Positions 18,801 through 28,971 of a stretch of 64,000 bases of DNA are shown piece after piece. The position numbers and the translations under genes are program-made. This DNA comes from a virus. The stretch is taken from IMG/VR virus record IMGVR_UViG_3300025030_001282, positions 1-64,000 of that record. One strand, written 5' to 3'. The notes beneath the pieces are model-generated. The model saw only the letters and a list, made by a program, of their open reading frames with translations. It did no database searches and was not told the origin of the DNA. Each line of letters opens with the position of its first letter. Position 1 is the stretch's first letter.

Positions 18801-19187
18801 ATGTTTGACCGCGTAACCATCCAGCAAGGCAAAGAGGCAGCGCCCTACGCGAAAACTGTCACGGTCCACGAGCACCGGGCACCGACGGACGACAGCATCC
18901 GGCTCTACCAGGAGATCGAGGACAAGGCGTACCAGAACCTCCTGCACCGGATCCAGGTGAACGACAACGCCCTCAACTTCGGCGCGATAGTTCATGTGCC
19001 GAGGACGACCACAAACCAGGAGATCGCCTACATATTCACCCTCAACGGCAGGGAGATTACCGGGAAGATCACCATCAAGCACCATGAGGCCTTGACCTTG
19101 GACCGGCAAGGGATTGTCAGGAAGATCGTCGAGGACGCCTCCAGGCATATTGCGGTCGAGATTCTGCAGCACATGACGGGCCTCTAG
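18801..19187 (+). CDS. Hypothetical protein
   Basis: GGGAG RBS. Confidence 0.65.
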   Translation: MFDRVTIQQGKEAAPYAKTVTVHEHRAPTDDSIRLYQEIEDKAYQNLLHRIQVNDNALNFGAIVHVPRTTTNQEIAYIFTLNGREITGKITIKHHEALTLDRQGIVRKIVEDASRHIAVEILQHMTGL

Positions 19188-19189
19188 CC

Positions 19190-19492
19190 ATGGCTGAACC
19201 CAGGCAGAGAGCACAGAAGCCCAGCCCCATGACGCCTGAAGAGCTGGCCCAGGTAATGGACAGGCTCGGGCTCAAGCCTAGGGACATGGTGATCGCGCTG
19301 GACACCAAGCGCCGCACCCTCCAGGACTACCTGAGCGGTAAGCGCCGTATCCCAGGCATCTGCCGGGTAGCATGCGACGGGCTCATCCTGAAGAACGACC
19401 TGTTCATGGCAGGCATCCCCAGGCCCAAGCCGTACATGCCCAGCAGATTAAACGGCAGGCTTTCTATAGAAGAGGAGGGAACGACCACATGA
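19190..19492 (+). CDS. HTH DNA-binding protein
   Basis: MTPEEL...LGL...RTLQDYLSGKRRIP. Confidence 0.7.
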   Translation: MAEPRQRAQKPSPMTPEELAQVMDRLGLKPRDMVIALDTKRRTLQDYLSGKRRIPGICRVACDGLILKNDLFMAGIPRPKPYMPSRLNGRLSIEEEGTTT

Positions 19493-19662
19493 AACGGATC
19501 AGCGTGCAGTTCGAAGCGGACGTCCCCGAGGACGCCACCGAGGCGCAAATAGAGGAGTGGGTCCGGTTCGGGCTCCACGAGAGAGGCGACATGTCGGCCA
19601 GGAACCCGCTGGCTGAGCATGACGTGGACGCTGTATTCGGCAGCGTAGATATCAGGCACTAA
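19489..19662 (+). CDS. Hypothetical protein
   Basis: GAGGAGG RBS, ATGA overlap. Confidence 0.55.
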   Translation: MKRISVQFEADVPEDATEAQIEEWVRFGLHERGDMSARNPLAEHDVDAVFGSVDIRH

Positions 19663-19675
19663 GGCGGAGACAACG

Positions 19676-19969
19676 ATGCCCAAAGAAACGATGAAGATAC
19701 CGATCGATCCCAGGTACCCGGAAGGGTGCGCAGCTTATCCGAGGCCTCAGGTCACCAGCGCCATGAAGATGGACTGCATCGGGGAGTTCACGATCGAGCG
19801 GGAACAGACCTGCCCCTCCTGCTACGCCGAGGAAGAAGGACCGCAGGCAGACTGCACGATCTGCAGCGGCAACCTCACCTACACCGAAAAGATCGATGTT
19901 CCTTGGGACATCATGAAGGACATCTACAAGCGCATGGCGACAGCCGCAGCCAGAGAGGTAGAGCAGTGA
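19676..19969 (+). CDS. Zn-finger hypothetical protein
   Basis: CPSC...CTIC. Confidence 0.6.
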   Translation: MPKETMKIPIDPRYPEGCAAYPRPQVTSAMKMDCIGEFTIEREQTCPSCYAEEEGPQADCTICSGNLTYTEKIDVPWDIMKDIYKRMATAAAREVEQ

Positions 19970-20121
19970 CGCCTGCAGAGAGAGGCATCGCCAGGACCAA
20001 GGCGCGGCTGCTGTTCGGCCAGGGAAAGAAGCGGAGGGAGATCGCCAAGGAGATGGACGTCACATACCAGTTCGTCTGCGACGCAATCCCCCGAGGAGTG
20101 AAGCAAGGAGGCAAAGGCTAG
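19966..20121 (+). CDS. Small HTH-like protein
   Basis: GKKRREIAKEMDVTYQFV. Confidence 0.5.
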   Translation: MTPAERGIARTKARLLFGQGKKRREIAKEMDVTYQFVCDAIPRGVKQGGKG

Positions 20122-20369
20122 CATGGCCAGAAAGGCACCATACGAGATCATCCCGTGCGACTGCGAATACTACGATCCGCCCTGCCACTACTGCTGCACA
20201 GACGCGGTCGTTGCTTTCTATCTGAATGGGAGAACGCAGTACATGAAAAAGAGCGAAGCGATCGAGCAAGAGCAGCAACGCAACGCCGGTCGGCAGAGTT
20301 AAGGGCTCCGGCCCTGCTCCCGGCTTCACATAGAGAGCCTGTACCACCCACCACAGTGGCAAGGAGACG

Positions 20370-20732
20370 ATGATGAAGGCAGGCGACAAGTTCCACATTA
20401 AAGCGGGAAAATTCCCCCACGAGGCAATTGAGGACGAGCACGAGGTGATCGAGGACACCGGCAAGAGTCTCCTTGTCCGCAACTGTGTCACCGGAGAGGA
20501 GACCACCGTCCTCTACTACCAGATCACCGACTGGCCCAGGTGCGCTCAGTGTGGCAGGCCCCGCCTGCAGGGCGAGCTGAAAAACAGCCAGATCAGCTTC
20601 CGAAACAGCAGGCAGGAGTACAGCAGCTGGAAAAAACGGATGGTCAATAAGCAGTTCATTGACCACAAGACGCTCCCCTTCTGCGCCGATGGCCCCTGCG
20701 CCGGACACTACCAGATGGGATGCGAGGGGTAG
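20370..20732 (+). CDS. Hypothetical protein
   Basis: AAGGAG RBS. Confidence 0.6.
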   Translation: MMKAGDKFHIKAGKFPHEAIEDEHEVIEDTGKSLLVRNCVTGEETTVLYYQITDWPRCAQCGRPRLQGELKNSQISFRNSRQEYSSWKKRMVNKQFIDHKTLPFCADGPCAGHYQMGCEG

Positions 20733-21117
20733 CAGTGAACGCAGCAAAGTTGAGATCCTGCCCATGTGGCAACGAACTGAAAAAGTACCAGAAAAAATAC
20801 TGTTGCCGGGCATACAAAAGCGATTTTCACAGGGAACCGCCAAAGCTTACCCGATTCGGCAACCCAGTACCAAAAGACAAGACGGTCGTCAGGATCGGCC
20901 CAGGCATTCAGGCTTATCTCGACTTGTATCCAAGCTGTAGCGCATATCAACAAAGGGAGGGCAACAAAAAATGACCACGGAGTTTTGCAAAATACTTGGA
21001 GCCGCAGCACTCGCAGCGGGAATCGTGGTGCTCACAGCCGCATACGACGCCTGGAGCAACCGCAGGAAGTACAAAGCCAGGGAAGACCAGCGCAGAGCCA
21101 AAGGAGGGCTGCACTAG

Positions 21118-21453
21118 ATGCTGATGAAATACATCAACGCCATCACTGGGCACCGGTACTGGTACAGCTTGAGGTTGGCCTATTACGACGGGGAGCACGA
21201 GCGGTTCCACTGGCACGCCGAGATTGGTTGCGTACAGCAGGGGGACATACTGCACCACCGGCAGATCAAGAAGCTTGTCGCTCCTACCCTGCTCAAGACG
21301 CCAAGGGCCAAGCGCTACCTCTGCAACGGTAGGCTGAAAATTGAAATCATCGGCTGCCTCGGAAAATTCAGGAAGCCGGAGAAATGCGCCACCGCCATCA
21401 CCGTTTCCAGGCTCGACATCTTCGGTGCCTTCCTGCTGGAATGGCTAAGATGA
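21118..21453 (+). CDS. Hypothetical protein
   Basis: GGAGG RBS. Confidence 0.55.
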   Translation: MLMKYINAITGHRYWYSLRLAYYDGEHERFHWHAEIGCVQQGDILHHRQIKKLVAPTLLKTPRAKRYLCNGRLKIEIIGCLGKFRKPEKCATAITVSRLDIFGAFLLEWLR

Positions 21454-21989
21454 CGCACTCGGAACTCGTAGAGATAGCTTACCGTTGGCTGATCGGCACG
21501 CGCAAATGCGGCTTCGCCTTCACCGAGCTGGCCTGCATTGCCACCAGTGAGATACCGGACGCCATCGGCTTCCGAGGCGACGGCTCGATCCTGGTCGAAT
21601 GCAAGGTGAGCCGGGCGGACTTCCTGAGCGACAAGAAGAAGTACTTCCGCCAGCGCCCGGAGATGGGAGTGGGCACCTACCGCTTTTTCATGGCACCCGA
21701 GGGGATCATAACACCCAGCGACCTTCCTAAAGGCTGGGGACTCGTGGCGGTAAACGAGAAGGGGAAGCCACGGCAGATCGTCGGGGCGAAGTGGAACTGC
21801 TGGAACACGGACGCACAATTCCGCAACGAGCGCAACCTACAGGCCGAGCACGGCATGATGTCGAGTGCTCTGCGCCGCCTCCACCTCCACAACGTCCTGC
21901 ACCTGATCAAGGCCGAGAATAACCCCTACATCACAAAGGAGGAGCCATGCAGCTCTACACCAACTGCCCAGGATGCGGAAAGCCCCTGA
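21450..21989 (+). CDS. PD-(D/E)xK (MmcB-like) nuclease
   Basis: EIPDAIGF...LVECKVSRADF. Confidence 0.7.
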   Translation: MTHSELVEIAYRWLIGTRKCGFAFTELACIATSEIPDAIGFRGDGSILVECKVSRADFLSDKKKYFRQRPEMGVGTYRFFMAPEGIITPSDLPKGWGLVAVNEKGKPRQIVGAKWNCWNTDAQFRNERNLQAEHGMMSSALRRLHLHNVLHLIKAENNPYITKEEPCSSTPTAQDAESP

Positions 21990-22119
21990 CCCTTGACCTC
22001 CGGCATAAGGAGCCCTACGCGCCCATGACGGAGCCCACGGTCGTGGCCCAGGAGCGCTGCGACGAGTGCCGCCAGCAGCTCACGATCAGCGTCACCATCA
22101 CCCCGGAGGAGATAACCGC

Positions 22120-22464
22120 ATGAGCCAACAGCAGTACGACGATACCGCAAAGAACCTGGAGATCATGGCCGAGGAACTGGCCGAGGTAGGCGAGGTGCTG
22201 GCGGATATCGCAGCCACCTGCGCCAGGGCCGCCATCATCAAGTCGAAGATTATCCGCTTCGGCATTGAGGATTGCCACCCGGAGAGGCCCGGCGTTACCA
22301 ACCGCCAAAGGCTGGAGCTGGAGATAGGACACCTCAACGCGATGGTGCGGATCCTGGTGCAGAACGGGACGATCACCCAGGTAGGCATAGATGCAGGGGA
22401 AGCCAACAAGATGGCGAAGCTGCAGCACTGGTATGACGGCAACCCGGAGAGGGCCAAGGCATGA
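22120..22464 (+). CDS. MazG-like all-alpha NTP pyrophosphatase fold (degenerate)
   Basis: EELAEV...KIIRFG...LELEIGHL. Confidence 0.5.
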   Translation: MSQQQYDDTAKNLEIMAEELAEVGEVLADIAATCARAAIIKSKIIRFGIEDCHPERPGVTNRQRLELEIGHLNAMVRILVQNGTITQVGIDAGEANKMAKLQHWYDGNPERAKA

Positions 22465-22760
22465 AGGTGACGCTGCCAGGGAACGTGATCAATATCGAGG
22501 TGGCTAGAGCCAGCCGCAAGGTGCGCCAGCTCGAAGGCAAGTGCGCCCACACGAACCTGATTATCCACGCGGTCGACGGGCTCGTCTGCGGAGATTGTAA
22601 CCGCCAGCTGGATCCCATTGGCTGGATTATCGAGCGCATGGAGGAGCTGAACGCAATCGGGTACCGGGAAAAGGAACTGAACGCGGCAGCAAAGAAGCTC
22701 GACGAGAGGACCAGGACGAAGTGCGTCCACTGCGAGAAGATGACACCGGTCAGGATATAG
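22461..22760 (+). CDS. Zn-finger hypothetical protein
   Basis: CAH...CGDC...CVHC. Confidence 0.6.
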   Translation: MKVTLPGNVINIEVARASRKVRQLEGKCAHTNLIIHAVDGLVCGDCNRQLDPIGWIIERMEELNAIGYREKELNAAAKKLDERTRTKCVHCEKMTPVRI

Positions 22761-22809
22761 CAAATTACGGCGGAGCCTTCCAGTAGGGGACGCCACAGAA
22801 GGAGACACC

Positions 22810-23340
22810 ATGCACGCGAAAGAGATACTGCCGCAGATCGCGCCGACCAGCACCAGCCAAGCCGACCGGTTCAGCCTGAACCTCTGGCGTTGGGTACGAA
22901 AGGCCTGCAGGGGCAACAGCAAGGGGCAGCTGCACCTGTTCGTGGCCATCGCCACCAAAGACGCGGGCAGCTTCGACCCGACCAGGACGCAGGCCAGCAG
23001 CCTGTATATCGGATTGGGCAACTTGGATGAAGGATGGCTCCACGGCTCGCGCCTGAGCGAAATCCTCTGCACCGGGGTCAAGGCCTCCGGCTACGCCTAC
23101 CCGCCCAGGATGAAGTTCGAGATCATTGCGGACTGGTGGGAGCGGTACATCGTAGGCGGGAAATGCTTTATCGACCCGGCCCACACCCTTTACTTCGACC
23201 GTGAGCGCTGGCAGGAAAGCGCCGATGGCAAGGAGCGCACCTGCCTCTGGTGCGGCAAGCACAAGCAGCACCTGCACGCCGAGATGGTGGAGAAGACGGA
23301 CTGGAGAAACCCGACAACGGAGGAAGTAAGCAATGTGTGA
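22810..23340 (+). CDS. Hypothetical protein
   Basis: AAGGAG RBS; CFIDPAH...CLWCG. Confidence 0.65.
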   Translation: MHAKEILPQIAPTSTSQADRFSLNLWRWVRKACRGNSKGQLHLFVAIATKDAGSFDPTRTQASSLYIGLGNLDEGWLHGSRLSEILCTGVKASGYAYPPRMKFEIIADWWERYIVGGKCFIDPAHTLYFDRERWQESADGKERTCLWCGKHKQHLHAEMVEKTDWRNPTTEEVSNV

Positions 23341-23641
23341 TTGCAGAGAGAAGATCGAGGCGAGGCTGCTGCAGGCCTTCAAGGAAGAGCACCCGGAGGC
23401 GACCGATCACAAGGTGAAGCTGGAGGGCTACGCCTTCATTTTCGGAGCCCAGGTGACCGTGAAGGCCTGCATGCCGATCAAGCGCACCGCGACCTTCCCG
23501 GTGAAGAAAGGCGGCGGTACCAGGGAGAAGGCCGAGAAGGTCAGCCTCATGTTCAACTGCTGCCCCTTCTGCGGTGAGAAGTACGAGAGGGAGGAGCCCG
23601 CCCCGGAAGCCCCGAAGGAGGAAACGCCGTGCGCCTTGTAA
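23333..23641 (+). CDS. Hypothetical protein
   Basis: MCDC...CPFCG. Confidence 0.65.
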   Translation: MCDCREKIEARLLQAFKEEHPEATDHKVKLEGYAFIFGAQVTVKACMPIKRTATFPVKKGGGTREKAEKVSLMFNCCPFCGEKYEREEPAPEAPKEETPCAL

Positions 23642-24216
23642 TCCTGGAAAGCCCCTACGCGGGCAAAACGCCGGAGGAGATCGCCCGCAACGTCGAGTAC
23701 GCCAGGAGAGCCCTGCGCGATTCGCTGATGCGCGGGGAGAGTCCGGCAGCCAGCCACCTGCTGTTCACGCAACCCGGAGTACTCCGCGACAACGTGCCAG
23801 AGGAGCGCCGCCAGGGCATCATGGCTGGCCTCGCATGGGGCACCGTGGCGCACGCTGCGGTCGTCTACACCGACCTCGGGATCAGCGATGGCATGAAGAT
23901 GGGAATCGGCCTGCACGTGGCCCAGGGCCTCCCGGTCGAGTACCGGCAGATCGGCCTTCCCGGAAGCTGGCTCCTCCACGTCTGGGCATACGATGCCTAC
24001 GCCGGATCATACGACCACTGCACCGAGGCCGAGGCAATCGCCGACATGGAAGAGCGGAAGGCAAGCGGGCTTGTCAACATCGGGTACAGGTACCAGATCA
24101 GCAACTCGCCAGACGAACCGAGAAAGACAGACTGCAGCACCTGCAGTAAGGCGAACAAGACCTGCCCGGTCTATCCCCAGGACTGGCTGAACTGCGGTCA
24201 GCACCAGGGAGCCTGA
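23629..24216 (+). CDS. Conserved phage protein, possible nucleoside-deoxyribosyltransferase-like fold
   Basis: LVILESPYAG...RGESPAASHLLFTQ...DLGISDGM. Confidence 0.55.
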   Translation: MRLVILESPYAGKTPEEIARNVEYARRALRDSLMRGESPAASHLLFTQPGVLRDNVPEERRQGIMAGLAWGTVAHAAVVYTDLGISDGMKMGIGLHVAQGLPVEYRQIGLPGSWLLHVWAYDAYAGSYDHCTEAEAIADMEERKASGLVNIGYRYQISNSPDEPRKTDCSTCSKANKTCPVYPQDWLNCGQHQGA

Positions 24217-24217
24217 C

Positions 24218-24415
24218 GTGAAGCCGCTGCGGGTCAAATGCAACCGGGCAGGAGCCACGGCAGGCTGCAAGACCTGCCCGCACGGTCAGGAGCACGACGA
24301 GATAATCTACACCCTGCCACCCGGAATGAAGATCAGCCACAAGCCGCCCCACACCTGCTCCGAAGGGGGAAAGGTCCGCTGCCTCCCGGTGAAGGATGGG
24401 GCTGCTGCAGACTAA
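24218..24415 (+). CDS. Cys-rich hypothetical protein
   Basis: GGGAG RBS. Confidence 0.5.
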   Translation: MKPLRVKCNRAGATAGCKTCPHGQEHDEIIYTLPPGMKISHKPPHTCSEGGKVRCLPVKDGAAAD

Positions 24416-24463
24416 AGCGCCGCCTTACGAAGAAGAGAGCAACCCAGACAAAGGAGAACGCAG

Positions 24464-25063
24464 ATGAAATTGCAGCCGGTCGAATCGACCAATGTTTTTG
24501 CAACCGCGCACGACGGCGACACCATGCACGTCATGTACCTGAACGGAGGCCTCTACGCCTACGCACCGACCACGGCGGCGGACCACCAGAAGCTTAGGGA
24601 GGCCCATAGCATCGGTGCCGCCATCAACCGGCTTCAGAAGACCGTCACGGGGATCAAGGTGGAACTTCCCAAGCTGGACTGGACCGGCGAGAACGACGAC
24701 ATGGGTAACACCACCTGGGAGGCCGCGAGCCCCTACCACGAGGACGGTCACCCCTTCATGTGGCGGATCAAGCCGCGCCTGGGGGACAACAAGGTGGAGT
24801 TCTACGAGTGCCACGACCTGGAGCTGATGGACGAGGAGAGCCCCCAGGGCTGGCCCACGATCGAGGTGGCAAAAGCAATGATCGAGCAGAAGCACGCGGA
24901 GATCATGGAAGCGGAAGGCATCCAGGAATCCCCGAAGCCGACCAAGGATAAATCCCTTTGCGAAAGCTGCGCACCGGACGATGGTCCCTGCGAACTGCAG
25001 CACCACGGCATCGTCGCCATAGGCGGCTCCTGCAACCGCTACAAGGAGGTCACCCCGCTGTGA
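24464..25063 (+). CDS. KTSC-domain protein
   Basis: PVESTNV...MHVMYLNGGLYAY...SIG. Confidence 0.65.
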   Translation: MKLQPVESTNVFATAHDGDTMHVMYLNGGLYAYAPTTAADHQKLREAHSIGAAINRLQKTVTGIKVELPKLDWTGENDDMGNTTWEAASPYHEDGHPFMWRIKPRLGDNKVEFYECHDLELMDEESPQGWPTIEVAKAMIEQKHAEIMEAEGIQESPKPTKDKSLCESCAPDDGPCELQHHGIVAIGGSCNRYKEVTPL

Positions 25064-25377
25064 AGAAGACGACCACCCTCAAGATACGCAGCTTCGCATG
25101 GCTGCTCCCGTTCGCCATCCCCGCTTTCCTGTTCCTCGCGCTGCCGGTGCTTTTTGAGGCCATCGAGGACTTTTGCTACAAGATGCGCAAGAAGACCGAG
25201 ACGCTCGCCGAGAAGGCAGGAAACTTCTTCCGCCCCCCGGCATGGTGGCCGACGCACAAGCTCCTCGAGGAGCTGAACGCCGAGCGCGAGAGAATCCGCC
25301 AGGAAACCAATCAAAAGCGCCAGGAGAGGATGGTCAGCCGCTGCCAAAGAATCGAGCCGCAGGGAGAGAGCGTATGA
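25060..25377 (+). CDS. Small membrane protein
   Basis: AAGGAGG RBS; hydrophobic segment. Confidence 0.55.
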   Translation: MKKTTTLKIRSFAWLLPFAIPAFLFLALPVLFEAIEDFCYKMRKKTETLAEKAGNFFRPPAWWPTHKLLEELNAERERIRQETNQKRQERMVSRCQRIEPQGESV

Positions 25378-25766
25378 AGCTGATCGAGGCCATGAACATC
25401 ACCCGCAACCCGTTCGGGCACCCGGAGCACGTCGTCCGGGAGGCCCGCCTCGCGGTCTGCGATGAACTGGAACTGCTGATGCTGACCGACGAGCAGCGCC
25501 GCCTGCGCCAGGAGCAGACCACCCCGATGAAGACCGCCGAAGGCCGGGTGGTCCTCTACCAGAACAAGACGTTCGGCGTGCAGTTGCTGAACCGGGAAGG
25601 CGAGTGGTCGTTTATCGAGGACAACACGACCGATGGGAAGGCCCGCAAGCTCCTGGTCGATTGGACCGAGAGCACCGGCTGCAGAGGCCGAATGGTAGAG
25701 GTCACCACCATCACCGCCGAGGTTGTAGTCTGGGGCGGAGACAGACAAGAGGACACCGAGGCATGA
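25374..25766 (+). CDS. Hypothetical protein
   Basis: ATGA overlap. Confidence 0.6.
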   Translation: MKLIEAMNITRNPFGHPEHVVREARLAVCDELELLMLTDEQRRLRQEQTTPMKTAEGRVVLYQNKTFGVQLLNREGEWSFIEDNTTDGKARKLLVDWTESTGCRGRMVEVTTITAEVVVWGGDRQEDTEA

Positions 25767-26479
25767 GCGACGAACAACAGGAGCTGAACGAGGCGGAAGA
25801 CATGATCCGGCAACTGCGCGAGAACTGCCGGATTCAGACCGAGCGGGCGGACGCCGCCGAGAAGGAGGTCAAGCGTCTGACAACGGAAATTCCGGTCCAG
25901 GCACTTATCACCCTCCCCTCCGGGCTCCCCGCGCCCGTGGAGAAGTATCGGCCCACCATGACCGAGGAGGTGCTGCACTATTGGGCAAAGGATGCCCAGG
26001 CGGAACTGGAGAAGTCGCGGGAGTTGCTGCGCCAGTTCACGGAAATCTGCCGGGAAGGGAACGCCCTCGGGCACCAGAAAACCGCCAAGATCGAAAGCCT
26101 GACCGAGGAAATCCAGCGGCTGCAGGGCCTCATGAGCGAAGCGCTGCACATTGAGAAACTGCACTTCGAGAATGGCAAGCTTGAACTTTCCGGTACCCAC
26201 CCGCTCGGCGAAGCGGTGATCGCTGCCCTGGTATCGGTTTTCGCCTCCTCCTTTTCGGAAAACTACCTTGAGATGCAGGTATACCACCCGGAAGTCGGCC
26301 CGCTCGCGGTCGTACTGCAGCGGCTCGAAGGCAAAACGCCTGCCCAAGTGGCGCAGGAACTGCGAGCGGTTGTCCGAGAGGCCGACGAGTACCTGGATAC
26401 CAACAGCCTGACCAATATCGGCCACGGCAGCATCCTGCACCAGAAGTTCAAGGCAGTCCTGCCGAAGAAGGCCGCGTAG
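25763..26479 (+). CDS. Coiled-coil hypothetical protein
   Basis: ATGA overlap. Confidence 0.65.
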   Translation: MSDEQQELNEAEDMIRQLRENCRIQTERADAAEKEVKRLTTEIPVQALITLPSGLPAPVEKYRPTMTEEVLHYWAKDAQAELEKSRELLRQFTEICREGNALGHQKTAKIESLTEEIQRLQGLMSEALHIEKLHFENGKLELSGTHPLGEAVIAALVSVFASSFSENYLEMQVYHPEVGPLAVVLQRLEGKTPAQVAQELRAVVREADEYLDTNSLTNIGHGSILHQKFKAVLPKKAA

Positions 26480-27042
26480 TGGCGGAACCGAACTGGAAGG
26501 AGAAGCCCTGGCGTTCCCAGGAATACACCGATTTTATATCAGCCAAGCCGTGCTGCATCAAGAAGACGCCCGGCCCGAACGACCCCCATCACGAGCAGCT
26601 GCCCGGCCACGGCACGATGGGAGGGAAATGCGGGGACGACCGGCAGATACCGCTCCGGCATGACCTACACGTAGAGCTGGAAGCACCAGGGAACAGCCGC
26701 CCGGCCTTTTGGGCAAAGTACGGCGTCGACCCGGAACAGGTGGTCGCCAAGTACAACGCCGAGTGGATCGCCCTGGGGAACAACTTCGACGAGAGCAGCT
26801 CCAAACCAAAACCGAAACGACGGGCGCGACCCGTCAGAGGACGACCGATGGCCAAGAAGAAACCGGAGCCGGAAATAGAGGTGCGGTGTGCGATCTGCGA
26901 CCACCTCCACGGCACCTTCACCAAGAAGACCATACCCAAGGGATTCATCTGCACCAGTTGCAGTACCGGGCAGAAAGTAGAGAAGCCGGATTGGGTGAGC
27001 CACACCAAGAAGCGCAACTACCCCGAGGGAGCGCTGCAGTAG
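26479..27042 (+). CDS. DUF968-like (HNH-related) protein
   Basis: RSQEY...PCC...DPHH...MGGK...IPL...H. Confidence 0.65.
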   Translation: MAEPNWKEKPWRSQEYTDFISAKPCCIKKTPGPNDPHHEQLPGHGTMGGKCGDDRQIPLRHDLHVELEAPGNSRPAFWAKYGVDPEQVVAKYNAEWIALGNNFDESSSKPKPKRRARPVRGRPMAKKKPEPEIEVRCAICDHLHGTFTKKTIPKGFICTSCSTGQKVEKPDWVSHTKKRNYPEGALQ

Positions 27043-27051
27043 GCAAAAACA

Positions 27052-27080
27052 TTGATATACGCTACAGCAACAGGTACTCT
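27052..27080 (+). promoter_or_regulatory. Sigma70-like promoter of the portal operon, overlapping a copy of the 15-bp motif
   Basis: TTGATA-N17-TACTCT. Confidence 0.6.
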
Positions 27081-27121
27081 TTGCGGTATTGGCTGGCAAA
27101 GCCTTACCGCAAGGAGCATTC

Positions 27122-28849
27122 ATGTTGAAACATAGCCTTTCCCTCCAGGGATTGTTTGAAGAATCGATGCAGATGCCGTCGGGGCTGATCGTCCCCAAGC
27201 ACTCGGCCACCGACTTCATCAAGTCACAAGCCAAGGAATTGCGCAAAGAGGAGAACAAGGCCCAATTTTTCTCCAAGTTCGCCCTCGCCCAAAACATGGT
27301 GTCTTACGGAGCCCGCGAAAAGCCCGCAGGCACCCCCATGATGCCCCTCCTCTACGAAGCCGCTGAAAAATCGTTTATCGACGCCATCCTGATCCGCGCC
27401 CGCGTTGACCAGATGAAACGCATCTGGCAGAAGGCCAATAGCGGCAAGGCCAAAGAGGTCGGATTCCGCGTAGTCCACGACCGCCACGACGATCCGGACT
27501 ACAAGGGGAGCAAGAACGACGACGAGCGCTGCAGGGAGATGGAGAAGCTGATCGCCAACCCCACGCCCGCCGAGTACAGCGAGCTGTACCCCCACCAGAT
27601 CAGGCCCCACACCGGCATCAAAGACTTTGTATCCGTCTGCACCAAAGCCGAACTGATCATAGACCGGAAGGTTATGCTGCGCTACAAGCGCCGCGACGGC
27701 CAGGGCTATGCCGCCTACCACTGGCTCCCCGGCGAGACGATCAAGCCCGTGGACGAGAGCCTGAGAGCCTGGGCGAAGAAGAACGAAAAGGACGGGAAGG
27801 TCACCGCCGCCAGCATCGAGAAAATGAGCTACGCGACCGGCTTCGACCTCGCCCGCTCGGCATACGTGCAGCTCGTGGACGGTATGATCGTGGGAGCCTA
27901 CACCGACGAGGAGATCAGCGTCCACATATCGAACCCCTCCGACCGGCTCAACCGGTTCGGCTACGGCACCAGCAAACTGGAGCTCTCCCTGGACGTGACC
28001 ACCACGCTGCTGATGGCCTGGACTTATAACAAGGAGATGTTCAAAACCAACTACCCTGAAGCGATCATGACCATCGCGGGGGACTTTGACGCCGAGGGGC
28101 TCCAGGCATTCAAGCAGCAGATGATGAGCGAGGCGGGCGGAGTCGGGAACAACTGGCGGCTGCCGATCATCCCGGCAGGCGAGATGGACAGCTTCAAGCT
28201 GGAAACCCACAAGCTGCGCGACACACCGAAGGACATGCTGTTCGATACCCTTTTCCGCATGCTGGTCATGTTCAAGGCAGCGGCATACGGAGCCCACCCG
28301 AGCACGCTGAACCTGGAGATGGACTCCGGCCAGGGCGGCGGCTCGCTGAATTCCCCGGACCCGGCAAGCGAGATAGAATTCAGCAAGGAACAGGGACTCA
28401 TGCCCGCCCTGGGCGACCTCTGCGATTGGCAGACCGACGCGATCGTGAAGCCGAGGTACGACGACCTGAAGATTGTTATCGTCGGCCTGAATCCCGAGGA
28501 CGAGAAGCAAGCGACGGAAATCCGAGTACAGAAGGTCGGCAAGTGGAAGACGAAGAACGAGGCCAGGATGGAGGAAGGGGACCAACCGCTGGGTTTCTAT
28601 CTCCCCCCCGAGCAGTACAACAAGCTGCAGGAAGGCGACCCGAAGAAGGAGCAGTACGACGCCAACCCGTGGAACTACCCGGCAGACGTCCCTATCCCCA
28701 ACTACCTCAACACCTTCCAGATGCTGGCACAGCCGCAGGATGATGGAGAGGAGGACGACCAGGGCCAGCCAGTCCAGAAGGCGCTGCGCAAGGCCAAGCG
28801 GCCCGCCCCCGTCAAGTTCCTCCACATCGACCTGGAGGACCAGCTGTGA
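27122..28849 (+). CDS. Portal protein (SPO1/A511-like)
   Basis: GYGTSKLE, GVGNNWRLPI, DMLF, SKEQGLMP, NEAR motifs; first gene of the head module. Confidence 0.85.
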   Translation: MLKHSLSLQGLFEESMQMPSGLIVPKHSATDFIKSQAKELRKEENKAQFFSKFALAQNMVSYGAREKPAGTPMMPLLYEAAEKSFIDAILIRARVDQMKRIWQKANSGKAKEVGFRVVHDRHDDPDYKGSKNDDERCREMEKLIANPTPAEYSELYPHQIRPHTGIKDFVSVCTKAELIIDRKVMLRYKRRDGQGYAAYHWLPGETIKPVDESLRAWAKKNEKDGKVTAASIEKMSYATGFDLARSAYVQLVDGMIVGAYTDEEISVHISNPSDRLNRFGYGTSKLELSLDVTTTLLMAWTYNKEMFKTNYPEAIMTIAGDFDAEGLQAFKQQMMSEAGGVGNNWRLPIIPAGEMDSFKLETHKLRDTPKDMLFDTLFRMLVMFKAAAYGAHPSTLNLEMDSGQGGGSLNSPDPASEIEFSKEQGLMPALGDLCDWQTDAIVKPRYDDLKIVIVGLNPEDEKQATEIRVQKVGKWKTKNEARMEEGDQPLGFYLPPEQYNKLQEGDPKKEQYDANPWNYPADVPIPNYLNTFQMLAQPQDDGEEDDQGQPVQKALRKAKRPAPVKFLHIDLEDQL

Positions 28850-28971
28850 GAACCACACTTTTACAAAGGAGATATCGTGTCAACTGGGAATCCAAATGGC
28901 ATAAACACATATATAACAGAGAAGTAAACAGTTCGGCGCAGGTAGTTACTGCATAAGAGGATGAAAGCAAT

